From an uncultured archaeon (GTDB lineage Archaea; Thermoproteota; Nitrososphaeria_A; Caldarchaeales; Calditenuaceae): a stretch of DNA of 64,000 bases. Positions 8,799 through 18,732 of the stretch are shown here, piece by piece; the stretch's first letter is position 1, and the number at the start of each line of letters is the position of its first letter. Location of the stretch: positions 17,017-81,016 of the forward strand of contig CALIKS010000015.1 of assembly GCA_938017985.1 (NCBI GenBank), in the 5' to 3' direction. The notes under the pieces were generated by a model. It worked only from the letters and a program-made list of their open reading frames with translations. It had not been told where the DNA came from and ran no database searches. Both the position numbers and the translations under genes were made by a program.

Positions 8799-10286
8799 GT
8801 GGATGTATTTACGATGCTTTGGTCATATATGGTACTGGCGAGTCCCCCGACATTTCTAGTTCTTTTATTTGCAAGTGCTCTTTCCCCAATAATCGTAATA
8901 GTCTCAAGATATTTTAGGAATAAATGGTTAGCCGGAATCTATGTCTCGATTATGTTGTTCTATACATTTGTAGCCTCTCTTCCCTACCTATTCATTGATG
9001 GTATCATTATTGTCAATCTCCTTCATGAGAGCAGTAGTTTGGCTGTTTTACAAATAGACAGGCTTAGCGGCTACATGATGCTTATAGTCATAGGAATAGG
9101 CTTAGCTTCAAGCATATATTCCTTCGGATACATACATGAGAGAAGGCCTGAATTCTACTCATTATTATTACTGCTTGTAACAGGAATGGTTGGAGTATTT
9201 TGTTCCGGCGACCTCTTAACATTCTTCGTATTCTGGGAGTTGATGAGTATTTCATCCTACATATTGGTGGCCTTCAACTACAGGGAATGGGAGGCAGTCG
9301 AGGCGTCGCTAAAATACCTCATAATGAGCTCAACAGGGTCTGCTGCAATATTGTTCGGAGCTTCACTCATCTATGGGATGACTGGCACGCTTGTAATAAG
9401 CGAAATAGCAACAATAATGACAAGTAAGGCAGCAATCAACGAGTTATGGAGCGCTGCCGCCCTAGTATTCATAATAGGAGGATTAGGAGTCAATGCCGCG
9501 ATGGTTCCTTTCCACTCATGGCTACCAGACGCTCACCCGGCGGCACCAAGCCCTATAAGCGCAATGCTATCAGGGGTCGTAATAAAGACAGGAGTATATG
9601 CAATGTATAGACTATTGACGATGGTTTATCCGCCAAACTTATATGGCTGGCAACTAGGGCTCATGATACTCTCAATTCTAACAATGACTATTGGAAACTT
9701 AATGGCAGCGCTCCAAAACGACATCAAACGATTACTAGCATTCAGCAGCATAGCAAACATCGGCTACATCGTATTTGCACTAAGCATAACCACCGAATTA
9801 GGATTAACTGGCGGATTACTACACGTCATGAATCATGCAGTATCTAAGGCCCTCCTCTTCTTGGCAGCAGGATCGTTTGTACACGTCGCAAAAACTAGAA
9901 ATCTTGAAGAAATCGCAGGGATTGGTAGGCGAATGCCGATTTCTGGTATATCTTACTCCATAGGTGCTTTTAGCCTCGCCGGGGTCCCAGGACTAAACTC
10001 CTTCGTCAGTGAGTATACAATTATTACTGCCGCCTTCTCAGCTGGGCTAAACATTTTGGCCGCAATAATGCTCATCAACGTGATATTAGGAGCCATGTAT
10101 CATCTAAGAGTTGTCCAAATAATATTCATCAAATCTACGACGAACACGTCATCTAAATGCTCTGAGTCAAGCGTTGCCATCATGGCATCACTGATAGTCC
10201 TATCAGTAATATCCATATTGATTGGCGTATATCCATCACCATTCCTAGAGACTGTAAGAAACGTCGCCTCTATTCTGGTCAAATAG
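8799..10286 (+). CDS. complex I subunit N/M / Mrp subunit D-like proton-conducting antiporter protein (stand-alone)
   Basis: 495 aa and polytopic. LLTFFVFWELMSISSYILV, VPFHSWLPDAHPAAPSPISAMLSG and NHAVSKALLFLAAG are NuoL/M/N-MnhD family signatures. GTG start. Confidence 0.85.
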   Translation: MDVFTMLWSYMVLASPPTFLVLLFASALSPIIVIVSRYFRNKWLAGIYVSIMLFYTFVASLPYLFIDGIIIVNLLHESSSLAVLQIDRLSGYMMLIVIGIGLASSIYSFGYIHERRPEFYSLLLLLVTGMVGVFCSGDLLTFFVFWELMSISSYILVAFNYREWEAVEASLKYLIMSSTGSAAILFGASLIYGMTGTLVISEIATIMTSKAAINELWSAAALVFIIGGLGVNAAMVPFHSWLPDAHPAAPSPISAMLSGVVIKTGVYAMYRLLTMVYPPNLYGWQLGLMILSILTMTIGNLMAALQNDIKRLLAFSSIANIGYIVFALSITTELGLTGGLLHVMNHAVSKALLFLAAGSFVHVAKTRNLEEIAGIGRRMPISGISYSIGAFSLAGVPGLNSFVSEYTIITAAFSAGLNILAAIMLINVILGAMYHLRVVQIIFIKSTTNTSSKCSESSVAIMASLIVLSVISILIGVYPSPFLETVRNVASILVK

Positions 10287-10357
10287 ATTCATAGAAAAAT
10301 AGGCGTTAATTAGTAGATTAAAACATTTATACTAACGATCACTAATTATTCGCTGAG

Positions 10358-10744
10358 ATGGGCAAACAAGTAATATTCAGTGAAAAAGGTCCTAGGCCAC
10401 TCGGAGCTTATTCTCAAGCCATCCGCGCCGGCGACTTCATATTCGTGGCAGGCATGGGTGGGATAGACCCATCGACAGGACAGATGGTTAAGGGTGGAAT
10501 AAGAGAACAGACAAGACGAGCGATAGAGAACATAAAAGCAGTACTAGAATCTGTGGGAGCATCCCTCAATGATGTGGTCAAAGTGACTGTCTTCTTAGCG
10601 GATCCAGAAGATTTTAACGATATGAATGAAGTTTACCGAGAGTATTTCAAAGAGAACCCTCCGGCGAGAAGCACAGTTGCGGGCAGAATTCCCGGAAAGG
10701 ACTTCCTAATCGAGATAGACGCAATAGCCTACATTGGAAAATAG
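10358..10744 (+). CDS. ridA: RidA/YjgF-family reactive enamine/imine deaminase
   Basis: 128 aa. [28 protein letters not shown]...PARSTVAG...EIDAIA is typical of RidA. Confidence 0.9.
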   Translation: MGKQVIFSEKGPRPLGAYSQAIRAGDFIFVAGMGGIDPSTGQMVKGGIREQTRRAIENIKAVLESVGASLNDVVKVTVFLADPEDFNDMNEVYREYFKENPPARSTVAGRIPGKDFLIEIDAIAYIGK

Positions 10745-10811
10745 AATAAGTTTAGAGACTATATTCATTTTTTTAAATAAGTTTATACGTATGTAGTAAT
10801 AATTCATACTT

Positions 10812-11894
10812 ATGAATAAACTAGAAATTGACACACCAGCCATAATAGTTGATTTTGACGTCATGATAAGAAACATAAGAGAGATGGCTAAGCTTGCTAA
10901 AGACCGGGGCGTCAAGCTGAGAGCGCACATCAAGACGCATAAGGTCCCAGAGATCGCGAAGATACAGCTTGAAGAAGGCTCAAGAGGCATATGCGTTCAA
11001 AAAGTAGGCGAAGCAGAAGTAATGGCTAATGAAGGAATAAACGACATATTCATAACAAACGAGGTCGTAGGAGATGTAAAGATAAAGAGACTCGCAAGAC
11101 TCGCTGAGAAAAATAAATTATTTGTAGCTGTTGATCATCCAGAGAATATAAAAAGCTTATCAAGAATAATGAAGGAGAATGGCGTAGAGCTAGGAATATA
11201 CATAGACGTTGACTGCGGAATGCACCGGACCGGCGTTCCATCGACGGAGGCTCCTGAGCTTGCAGAACTCATAACCCGCAGTGAAGGGCTTTACCTAAAA
11301 GGCGTCATGGGTTATGAAGGACATGCAGGGGCACCGCTAAAAAAAGAAGAGAGACAAAAACTCACAGAAGAAGCAATGAAGACGACACTCGAGGCAGTAA
11401 ATCTAATCAAGAAAGCAGGGATAGAAGTCGAGGAAGTAAGTGTAGGTTCGACCCCAACCGTCTGGTACAGCTCCTCTTACCAAGAGGTAACAGAGATACA
11501 GCCTGGAACATACGTATTCAATGATTACTACCTAGTCGATAGAGGAGTAGTCACTATTGAGAGATGCGCACTACACGTACTAGCAACAGTCATGAGTCGA
11601 GCAGCACCTGACAGAGGAGTAATAGACGCGGGCTCCAAAGCATTCCAACTCGACATGAATAAATATCCAGTAGCTCTCGGCATGGAGGGTGTAGAAGTCG
11701 TAAAGTTTTCAGAAGAGCATGGATGGTTAAAAATAACGGGCGAAGCACAAAACAAAATAAAGCTGGGAGACAAACTAGAATTCATACCATACCACGTATG
11801 CACCTGCGTCAACCAATTCGACACAATGTACATAATAAGAAACGACAAAGTAGAACGAGAATGGCAAATAAAAGCACGCGGCAAAATGGTCTAA
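10812..11894 (+). CDS. DSD1-family PLP enzyme (D-serine dehydratase / D-threonine aldolase-like, alanine racemase N-terminal fold)
   Basis: 360 aa. LRAHIKTHKVPEIAKIQL carries the PLP lysine in the HxKTHK context. It is followed by GICVQKVGEAEVMA and the C-terminal HGWL...PYHVCTCVNQFD. Confidence 0.75.
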   Translation: MNKLEIDTPAIIVDFDVMIRNIREMAKLAKDRGVKLRAHIKTHKVPEIAKIQLEEGSRGICVQKVGEAEVMANEGINDIFITNEVVGDVKIKRLARLAEKNKLFVAVDHPENIKSLSRIMKENGVELGIYIDVDCGMHRTGVPSTEAPELAELITRSEGLYLKGVMGYEGHAGAPLKKEERQKLTEEAMKTTLEAVNLIKKAGIEVEEVSVGSTPTVWYSSSYQEVTEIQPGTYVFNDYYLVDRGVVTIERCALHVLATVMSRAAPDRGVIDAGSKAFQLDMNKYPVALGMEGVEVVKFSEEHGWLKITGEAQNKIKLGDKLEFIPYHVCTCVNQFDTMYIIRNDKVEREWQIKARGKMV

Positions 11895-11930
11895 AAAATA
11901 AAAATTTTATCTTGGTTAAATTAATAATAT

Positions 11931-12818
11931 TTATACAACTACGGTTCCTGGATCTATGATTTTTATACTAGTTATGTAGCGTTGTAACACAGCTGCAACC
12001 AGTATTGCTGGAGTAATATTTGTCATCATTGCTGCAGCAGCCATAGAAGTCTCGACCGTAATGTTTTGGAAGAATGTTGTTAAGAATGGGGTGAATGGTT
12101 GCACCTCTGCTCCGCCTGATAGTAACATCCCATATAAGAACTCATTCCAAGAATACAGAAACGTTAGGATTGAAGTAGACGCAATGGCGGGCATCGCTAA
12201 AGGAATTGCAACTTTTGTAAATGTCGAAAACCTTCCACACCCATCAATTCTCGCTGACTTCTCAAGATCTGTTGGAAGAGTTGCAAAATAACCCATCAAT
12301 ATCCATGTCATCAACGGTATCGTTATTGTGAGATGTACCAAGATTAATCCAATGTACGTTCCTCTCAGCCCAGTCATTACGTAGAATGCATAGAAAGGTA
12401 CAAGTAAGCTGACTGGAGGAATCGTCCTCGAGCCGAACAATATCGCTATTAATGCATTCTTAGCCTTAACTCTATATCTCCCTAACACATATCCAGCTGG
12501 AACTACTACAGCAGTAGTAATAATGGTCACTGGCACTCCAATGATGGCTGAGTTAATCATTCCCCTTATTAATTCTCTATATTGTCCCGCTGGTCTAAGC
12601 GGGTTTCCCATCGGGTCAACCGCGCTGTATCCAAAGATCCTCATATAATTAGCAATTGTCGGGTCGTTGGGTATTAATGGGCTTGGAATCCTGATTACAT
12701 CCTTAGGCCAGCTAATCGACACTATGAATATATAATATATCGGCCCTAAACTATAGAATGCAACTAAAATTAGGGCGAGGTAAACCAAATATTTTGATGG
12801 CCTAGCCATACCTATCAC
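11931..12818 (-). CDS. carbohydrate-type (CUT1) ABC transporter permease
   Basis: 295 aa and polytopic, with the EAA loop EKSARIDGCGRFSTFTKVAIPLAMPA. Confidence 0.88.
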   Translation of the reverse strand: MIGMARPSKYLVYLALILVAFYSLGPIYYIFIVSISWPKDVIRIPSPLIPNDPTIANYMRIFGYSAVDPMGNPLRPAGQYRELIRGMINSAIIGVPVTIITTAVVVPAGYVLGRYRVKAKNALIAILFGSRTIPPVSLLVPFYAFYVMTGLRGTYIGLILVHLTITIPLMTWILMGYFATLPTDLEKSARIDGCGRFSTFTKVAIPLAMPAIASTSILTFLYSWNEFLYGMLLSGGAEVQPFTPFLTTFFQNITVETSMAAAAMMTNITPAILVAAVLQRYITSIKIIDPGTVVV

Positions 12819-12820
12819 CC

Positions 12821-13705
12821 TTAATATTGCATCACTCTCCGCCTCTTACTTATGACTATGAAATAACTCGTGATTGCTATGATCAGGCCAACCATTAATA
12901 GCCAAGATCCAGCAGCGCCATAACCAAGGTCTAGTCCTCTAAAGAATACCTTATAGATATAGAAAGTTATTGTCTGGGAGCTAGTTCCGGGCCCTCCCCC
13001 AGTCATCACGATTATCATGTCTGCTGTTCTTGCTGACTCTATAGTCGCAATTATTCCAGTCATTATGACGGCATACCTAATGAAGGGCAACGTAACCACT
13101 CTGAATCTCGTGAAGAAGCTTGCCCCATCTATCTTAGCTTGTTTATTAAGATCTTCAGGAATAGTTTGCAGTCCTGCTAGAATGAAGAAAATCCCTAGCG
13201 GTGCAAGATGCCATGCATACATAAAGGCCAGAAGCTCAACTACGTATGGAGAGCCTAGAAAATCGATGTATCTTTCTATTAATCCAAGCCTGTAAAGAAT
13301 TGCATTTACGAATCCATAGCTTCCATTAAACAAGTATCTTCCAGCAGTAGCCGTCGCAAATTCAGAGAGAGCCCAAGGCATTATGACAATAACTCTCATA
13401 ATTGATTGTCCAGTAAATGCTCTGTTTAGGAGTAGTGCTATAGATATGCTTAGAACTAAAACCATTATCGTAGAATCTATGACAAATCTTATAGTTACCA
13501 TGGTTGCCTCAACGTAAGATTTATCACTAAATAACTTAAGATATTGAAGCCCACCGACGGGTTCAAATTTGTTTAAAAATAGGTTGATATCGTGAAAGCT
13601 AAGATATAGAGAATAAGCCATCGGATAGATGCTTAGACCAAAATTCAAAATAAATAATGGAGTTAAAAGAACTATTGCTACCTTTGTGTCTGTCCACCTA
13701 ACCAA
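12821..13705 (-). CDS. carbohydrate-type (CUT1) ABC transporter permease
   Basis: 294 aa and polytopic, with the EAA loop NKQAKIDGASFFTRFRVVTLPFI. It lies 2 nt from the next permease. Confidence 0.88.
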   Translation of the reverse strand: MVRWTDTKVAIVLLTPLFILNFGLSIYPMAYSLYLSFHDINLFLNKFEPVGGLQYLKLFSDKSYVEATMVTIRFVIDSTIMVLVLSISIALLLNRAFTGQSIMRVIVIMPWALSEFATATAGRYLFNGSYGFVNAILYRLGLIERYIDFLGSPYVVELLAFMYAWHLAPLGIFFILAGLQTIPEDLNKQAKIDGASFFTRFRVVTLPFIRYAVIMTGIIATIESARTADMIIVMTGGGPGTSSQTITFYIYKVFFRGLDLGYGAAGSWLLMVGLIIAITSYFIVISKRRRVMQY

Positions 13706-13714
13706 CTATTGTTT

Positions 13715-15271
13715 TCACCCATGATATTTCTTCCAGAGCTCATCTGCGATCTTCCGCATCTCAGACACTGCCTCACGTGGCGAAATCTCCTGTGCAAGAC
13801 ACTTAGCCATGAGGTCGGGCGCTTTAACCATCCACTCACCGTATAAGGGCGATCTCCATATCCATGGAGCTGCCATAGTCTCTAACCATTTCTCAGACCT
13901 TTCAGCCGTTTCTTTTGTCTTTGGCCCGAGTCTAGCCTCCCAGGCTCTCTGTACGTCGGGGTCTCTTAAAACTGCTGGGTAGGCCGTATGTAAGAATTCT
14001 TCTTTTGCCCATTTATATGCTGAAGTGTGTTTCCCTTCGTTGTCTTTGTAACCAAACCAGAGTATGAGTCTTGCGGACCTGTCAAAATCATGATTATTCT
14101 TTGGCCAGCAATAAAGTCCAGTGTCTATAACGCCCAGCGCTTCTTCTACTACGGGTACCAACGTGGCTTTGCCAGCTATTCTAGACTTTGCCGGGTCCAT
14201 AGTGTTCCAGTATCCATACAAACCGTTGAGCCGCCCAAATGCGTAGCTTCCCGTCCAGAACGCCTCAGTGCCCACCGTGTCTGAGGAGGCTGAGATCACT
14301 GCCCTCTCAACGAGGTCTTCATCGACAAGCTTCCTCCAGTCTGATACGGTTTCATATACTGTATCACCTGGCGCCGCATCAAAAGTAGGAGCAAAGTCTT
14401 TACCGAACATTGATTTAGTCAGGTCTGGGTCCTTCGCCCTGCCTGCCACTTCTGCTAGTAAGGACCACACTGTACCCCAGAATGCATTGAACCAGTGTGG
14501 AACAAATGGTTTTATCATGCCCTCAGGAGCTCTCTGCTTTATCTTCCTCAGCATGTCATAGAGTTCTGCATGACTTCTTGGTAATTCACCAGCCATTCCT
14601 GCCTTTTCGAGTAATTCATCATTGGCAATGAGTGCTGGTGTAGCTGAGACGAAGTATGTTAGCCCGGCTAGTCTGCCTTGCTTATCGCTGTAGGCTCGTT
14701 TAACGCTCTCAAACATTTCTGCCTTTACCCATTCTATGTGTGGTAGTTCCTCAGCTGAGTTTGTAAAGCCTAGCTCAATCCATCTAAATGCCATGAATGC
14801 GTTGCCATAAACCATGTCGAATTTCTCCCCTGCCAGGAACTTTGTCTCTACCATTCCCTGATAGTCGGGACCCGTTATTTGTTCCTGCTCTAAGTTCTCA
14901 TTATTCTGTCTCATGAATATCTCTATATTTTCTGTAATTATGTCTGGTCGATATCCCCAGTGAACCCATTTAAGCGGCACCGCTGGTTTTACCGGCTCAG
15001 GCTTCCAAGGCGGCCATGCAATAGTGGGCGTTGTTGGTGGAGTTGTTACGGTTACAGGGCCTGTAACAGTCACAGTCCTCTCGACCGTCTTCTCTACAGT
15101 CACTGTCGCGCCCGGTGCAGTTACTGTCCTCTCAACGGTCCTTACTGGAGCAGCTGCTGAACCTACTAAATAACCTCCCGCACCGGCTACAACACCTGCC
15201 ACTACTACACCGATTGCCACTTTGCCAGCAGTGGATATTGCTTTCCTACGTGAAATTTTATTCTCAACCAT
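13715..15271 (-). CDS. ABC transporter extracellular solute-binding protein (family 1) with N-terminal anchor and Thr/Val-rich linker
   Basis: 518 aa. It has an N-terminal TM/signal segment (AIGVVVAGVVAGAGGYLVG) and the repetitive linker VERTVTAPGATVTVEKTVERTVTVTGPVTVTTPPTTPT. It is first in the operon with the two permeases. Confidence 0.8.
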   Translation of the reverse strand: MVENKISRRKAISTAGKVAIGVVVAGVVAGAGGYLVGSAAAPVRTVERTVTAPGATVTVEKTVERTVTVTGPVTVTTPPTTPTIAWPPWKPEPVKPAVPLKWVHWGYRPDIITENIEIFMRQNNENLEQEQITGPDYQGMVETKFLAGEKFDMVYGNAFMAFRWIELGFTNSAEELPHIEWVKAEMFESVKRAYSDKQGRLAGLTYFVSATPALIANDELLEKAGMAGELPRSHAELYDMLRKIKQRAPEGMIKPFVPHWFNAFWGTVWSLLAEVAGRAKDPDLTKSMFGKDFAPTFDAAPGDTVYETVSDWRKLVDEDLVERAVISASSDTVGTEAFWTGSYAFGRLNGLYGYWNTMDPAKSRIAGKATLVPVVEEALGVIDTGLYCWPKNNHDFDRSARLILWFGYKDNEGKHTSAYKWAKEEFLHTAYPAVLRDPDVQRAWEARLGPKTKETAERSEKWLETMAAPWIWRSPLYGEWMVKAPDLMAKCLAQEISPREAVSEMRKIADELWKKYHG

Positions 15272-15449
15272 ATCTCTTCACTCATTAATACAACTGCCAC
15301 TTATATATATTTTTTGTTAAGTTTATTTTTAACATTAATCTTATTGTTGGAGAATATTTAGATGATGTGTAGCATTTTTATCATTATTTCTAGAACAGCT
15401 AATGTAGTGTTGATGAAGCTTTATTAAATGGCTCTAATAAATTAAGCCG

Positions 15450-16502
15450 ATGAGTTTTTCCCCTGTAATAATTGATCTGCATGAAGATATTTCGTATTAC
15501 TACGTACATGGGGCTAGTGGTTTAGAGTTTGGTTTGGAGGAATTTGACAAAGACATGCAGGGTAGGCATGGCGATATTCCGAAGTTCAGGAAGTCTAGAG
15601 TCGCTATTGTCTTTTCTTCTGTTTTCTGCTTGCTTTCTACTATATCGCCCAGAATAAGTGAGCAGCTGACAAAGGGTTACGATGAGAAGGCAATTCGAGC
15701 GTGGGTTCCAAGGGCTACTCACTCGACATCTTTAGAACATTTAAAGGTATACTATAGATTGGTCGAACTATATCCACGAGACTTATCTATAATACTTACG
15801 AGAGAAGATGTGCAGAGAGCAATTGGTTTAGAAAAGATTGGATTCTTATTGGCTCTTGAGGGCGCCTACATGTTAGAGGACGTCGATGACCTAAAGCTCT
15901 ACTATAACATGGGCATTCGGAGCCTTCAGCTCTTATGGAACTTTGACTCTAGGTATGGTGCGTCATGCATGTCTACTAAAGACTATGGATTAACAGGCGA
16001 GGGTGAAGAGCTGGTAAAAGAAGCGAATAGGCTCGGAGTAATTATTGATTTAGCACATGCGAGTAAGAACACCCACATAGATGTCTTAAATCTCTCAAGG
16101 CTTCCAGTGATAAACAGCCACTCAAATGCAAGAAGACTCAAAGACGTGCCTAGGAACCTAGATGATGAGACGCTTGAAGAGTTTAAGAAGAAGAGAGGAG
16201 TGGTCGGATTCATATTTGGAATGATAGGAGGTAACGAAGACATTAATTCGTTAGCAGACCAGGTTATGTACGTCTATCAAAACTTTGGGCCTGACGTAAT
16301 GGCTATTGGGACTGACTACTTTGGGCTCATCGATGGAAAGGCGCCAAAAGGACTTGAAGACATAACAAAGATACCAAAACTATTCGAGATATTGCTGGAC
16401 AGGGGATTAAAAGAGTCAGACATAGAAAAATTAGCATACAAAAACGCATTAAGAGTCATTGAGGAAAATGCAGCGAATTGGAAAGTTCATACGCACATTT
16501 AA
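15450..16502 (+). CDS. membrane dipeptidase (peptidase family M19)
   Basis: 350 aa. Motifs VIIDLHEDISYY, IIDLAHASKNTHIDVL, NSHSNAR and GTDYFG match the renal-dipeptidase fold. Confidence 0.82.
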   Translation: MSFSPVIIDLHEDISYYYVHGASGLEFGLEEFDKDMQGRHGDIPKFRKSRVAIVFSSVFCLLSTISPRISEQLTKGYDEKAIRAWVPRATHSTSLEHLKVYYRLVELYPRDLSIILTREDVQRAIGLEKIGFLLALEGAYMLEDVDDLKLYYNMGIRSLQLLWNFDSRYGASCMSTKDYGLTGEGEELVKEANRLGVIIDLAHASKNTHIDVLNLSRLPVINSHSNARRLKDVPRNLDDETLEEFKKKRGVVGFIFGMIGGNEDINSLADQVMYVYQNFGPDVMAIGTDYFGLIDGKAPKGLEDITKIPKLFEILLDRGLKESDIEKLAYKNALRVIEENAANWKVHTHI

Positions 16503-16505
16503 GGG

Positions 16506-17657
16506 GTGATTAAAAGTTTGGGTTTAATCGAAGAATTAGGCTTGAAACCAATTATTAACGCGGCGGGCAACTTAACCGTCATAGGAGGTACAACGCTGGA
16601 AAAGGATGTCATAGAGGCAATGATGGAGGCGTCTAAGATTTTTCTTGATATGAACGAACTACACATCAAAGCTGGACAATACATTGCCAATCTGATAGGA
16701 GTTGAAGATGCTTACATTACCTCTGGCGCAGGAGCGGGAATCGCGCTCTCGGTAGCCGCCTGCATAGTCAGGGATAGGCCTGATAGGATTGGAACATTTC
16801 CGCATGTAGATGATTTAAGACATGAAGTCATAGTCCAGAAAAAACATAGAAACCTTTACGACTACATTATAGAGATTCCCGGCGCAAAAATAGTTGAGAT
16901 TGGTAATGATGTGGAGACCACGGAGGACGATTTGCAAAATGCGATAAACGATAAGACATGCGCAGTAATGTACTTTGTATTTGAGTCTCGGGAAGGAGTG
17001 TTGCCGCTAGATAGAGTCATAGAAATTGCACATAGTCACGGATTGCCAGTAATAGTTGACGCAGCCGCAGAGGTTCCTCCTCGAGAAAATCTTAAAAAAT
17101 TCTATAATATGGGAGCGGACTTGATACTTTTCAGTGCTGGCAAAGATATAGGTGCCCCTAATGATACGGGAATAATTCTTGGCAGGAGAGAACTGATTCA
17201 GCTCTGCAGAAGGCTCGGACCACATAGTTATGAAAAAGTAGACGATAAGACAAGGATTTACTTGGGGAGACCAATGAAAACAAGTAAGGAAGACATTTTA
17301 GCAGTCGTAGCTGCTGTCAAAAAATATCTAAGCATAAACGAAGAGGAAAGAATACAAAAATGGGAAAATAAGGCTGAGTACATATTCTCAGAATTGATTA
17401 AGAAAGGCATAAAAAACATAAATAAAATTTATCCAAAAGGTTTTGGACATCCAAGGCCTGCTTGCGTACCACGAATAGAGATTACTCCACCTCCATATTC
17501 GAATGTTGATGAATTATTAAGAGATTTACGAGAGGGCGAGCCGCCTATATATGCTTATGATTTTAATGGAAAGCTTTACGTAAGTCCTCAGTGTCTCAGG
17601 GATGGTGAAGAAAAAATTGTTGCTAAGAGATTAATAGAAATCTTAAAACAAAAATGA
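16506..17657 (+). CDS. SelA/DgaE-fold PLP-dependent enzyme (D-glucosaminate-6-phosphate ammonia-lyase-like), paralog 1
   Basis: 383 aa with a GTG start 4 nt after the dipeptidase stop. Motifs are PIINAAGNLTVIGGT, ITSGAGAGIALSVAAC and the PLP-lysine context FSAGKDIGAPNDTGII. Confidence 0.75.
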   Translation: MIKSLGLIEELGLKPIINAAGNLTVIGGTTLEKDVIEAMMEASKIFLDMNELHIKAGQYIANLIGVEDAYITSGAGAGIALSVAACIVRDRPDRIGTFPHVDDLRHEVIVQKKHRNLYDYIIEIPGAKIVEIGNDVETTEDDLQNAINDKTCAVMYFVFESREGVLPLDRVIEIAHSHGLPVIVDAAAEVPPRENLKKFYNMGADLILFSAGKDIGAPNDTGIILGRRELIQLCRRLGPHSYEKVDDKTRIYLGRPMKTSKEDILAVVAAVKKYLSINEEERIQKWENKAEYIFSELIKKGIKNINKIYPKGFGHPRPACVPRIEITPPPYSNVDELLRDLREGEPPIYAYDFNGKLYVSPQCLRDGEEKIVAKRLIEILKQK

Positions 17658-17663
17658 ATAAAT

Positions 17664-18692
17664 CTATTCACTTTCTTCTTTAAAATATGGAATTATTTTT
17701 GTTTTGAAAATTCTGAGCATTCTGTTGACGTTGTCGCTGAAATCACCCCATATTACTTGGTTTACTCCTAATTTTCTGAACTTGTCTATATTCTCGATGA
17801 TGTCTGCACCAGTCTCGCTTATGCACATGCTTCTCATTATCTGTTCATCATCAATCTTTTTGGCAGCTTCTAATATCTTTCGGGGATCAGGCTCATTAAA
17901 CATCTCCTTTAAGCTCGCACCGGCTATGTATGTCTTTATTCTTTTGACTACATTTTTAGGGTCGCCTATGCCTCCACCTATCGAGACTGCCTTTTCTACG
18001 ATTGCAGGGTTTCTTCCGGCTTCTCTAGCACCTTTTTCAAAGTTTGGCAAGATAGTAGAACTATATCTCTCAATGTTAGCTACAGTCATCAGTCTATCGG
18101 CATATTTCCCAGCCATGTATGCACTCTTCTCTCCCATCGCTGAGAAATAGATCGGGATATCGGTCTTCGGCTTCAAGTATAGAAAAGCCATAGGCATCTT
18201 GAAGTATTTCCCCTCAAATTTAAAAAAGTCTTGTTCATGAAACAACTTCTTAATCAGATCTATCCCTTCTATTAGTCGTTCTATACGTTCCTCCCATTTG
18301 GGCCAAAATCCAAGGAATGGCTGCTCATTCATTGCCTCTCCGGATCCTACACCAAGCAAAAACCTTCCCGGAAACATCACGTCTATCGTAGCGCTAGCCT
18401 GAGCAATCAATGCAGGATGATACCTACCTCCAATCGGGACCGTAACTGCTACACCTCCCTTAATTGATTTTGTCCTCGATAATACAATAGGCAGTAACGA
18501 CCAAACATAAAAATTATGTCTAAAAGAGTGATGCCAAGGATAAAAATGGTCGCCAAGCCATAATGCATCAAAACCAGCTTTCTCCATCCTCACGAGATAC
18601 CTAAGAGAATATTCCTCATCGAAAAGCAATGTAAAAGAAGCATCTATTCCGATCTCAAATTTTTTTACAGCCATTTCATATTCAAAATACAA
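17664..18692 (-). CDS. LLM-class (luciferase-like) flavin/F420-dependent oxidoreductase
   Basis: 342 aa. AGFDALWLGDHFYPWHHS, GVGSGEAMNE and the TIM-barrel length resemble the F420-dependent G6PD-like subfamily. Confidence 0.78.
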   Translation of the reverse strand: MYFEYEMAVKKFEIGIDASFTLLFDEEYSLRYLVRMEKAGFDALWLGDHFYPWHHSFRHNFYVWSLLPIVLSRTKSIKGGVAVTVPIGGRYHPALIAQASATIDVMFPGRFLLGVGSGEAMNEQPFLGFWPKWEERIERLIEGIDLIKKLFHEQDFFKFEGKYFKMPMAFLYLKPKTDIPIYFSAMGEKSAYMAGKYADRLMTVANIERYSSTILPNFEKGAREAGRNPAIVEKAVSIGGGIGDPKNVVKRIKTYIAGASLKEMFNEPDPRKILEAAKKIDDEQIMRSMCISETGADIIENIDKFRKLGVNQVIWGDFSDNVNRMLRIFKTKIIPYFKEESE

Positions 18693-18732
18693 TTTAAGTA
18701 TTTAAATCTAAACTATATCCTACTCTAACCTT

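Noticed and set aside
15361-15420. Possible C/D box sRNA (GATGATG at 15361 and TGATGA at 15411-15416); also TGATGA at 40903-40908
   Set aside because: No CUGA D or D' boxes lie at the required spacing, and there is no terminal stem. These are more likely chance matches in A/T-rich promoter spacers.
15272-15449. Long A/T-rich spacers (also 24370-24510 and 60552-60705) as candidate replication origins
   Set aside because: There are no repeated ORB-like elements and no orc1/cdc6 gene nearby. Each is adequately explained as a divergent promoter region.
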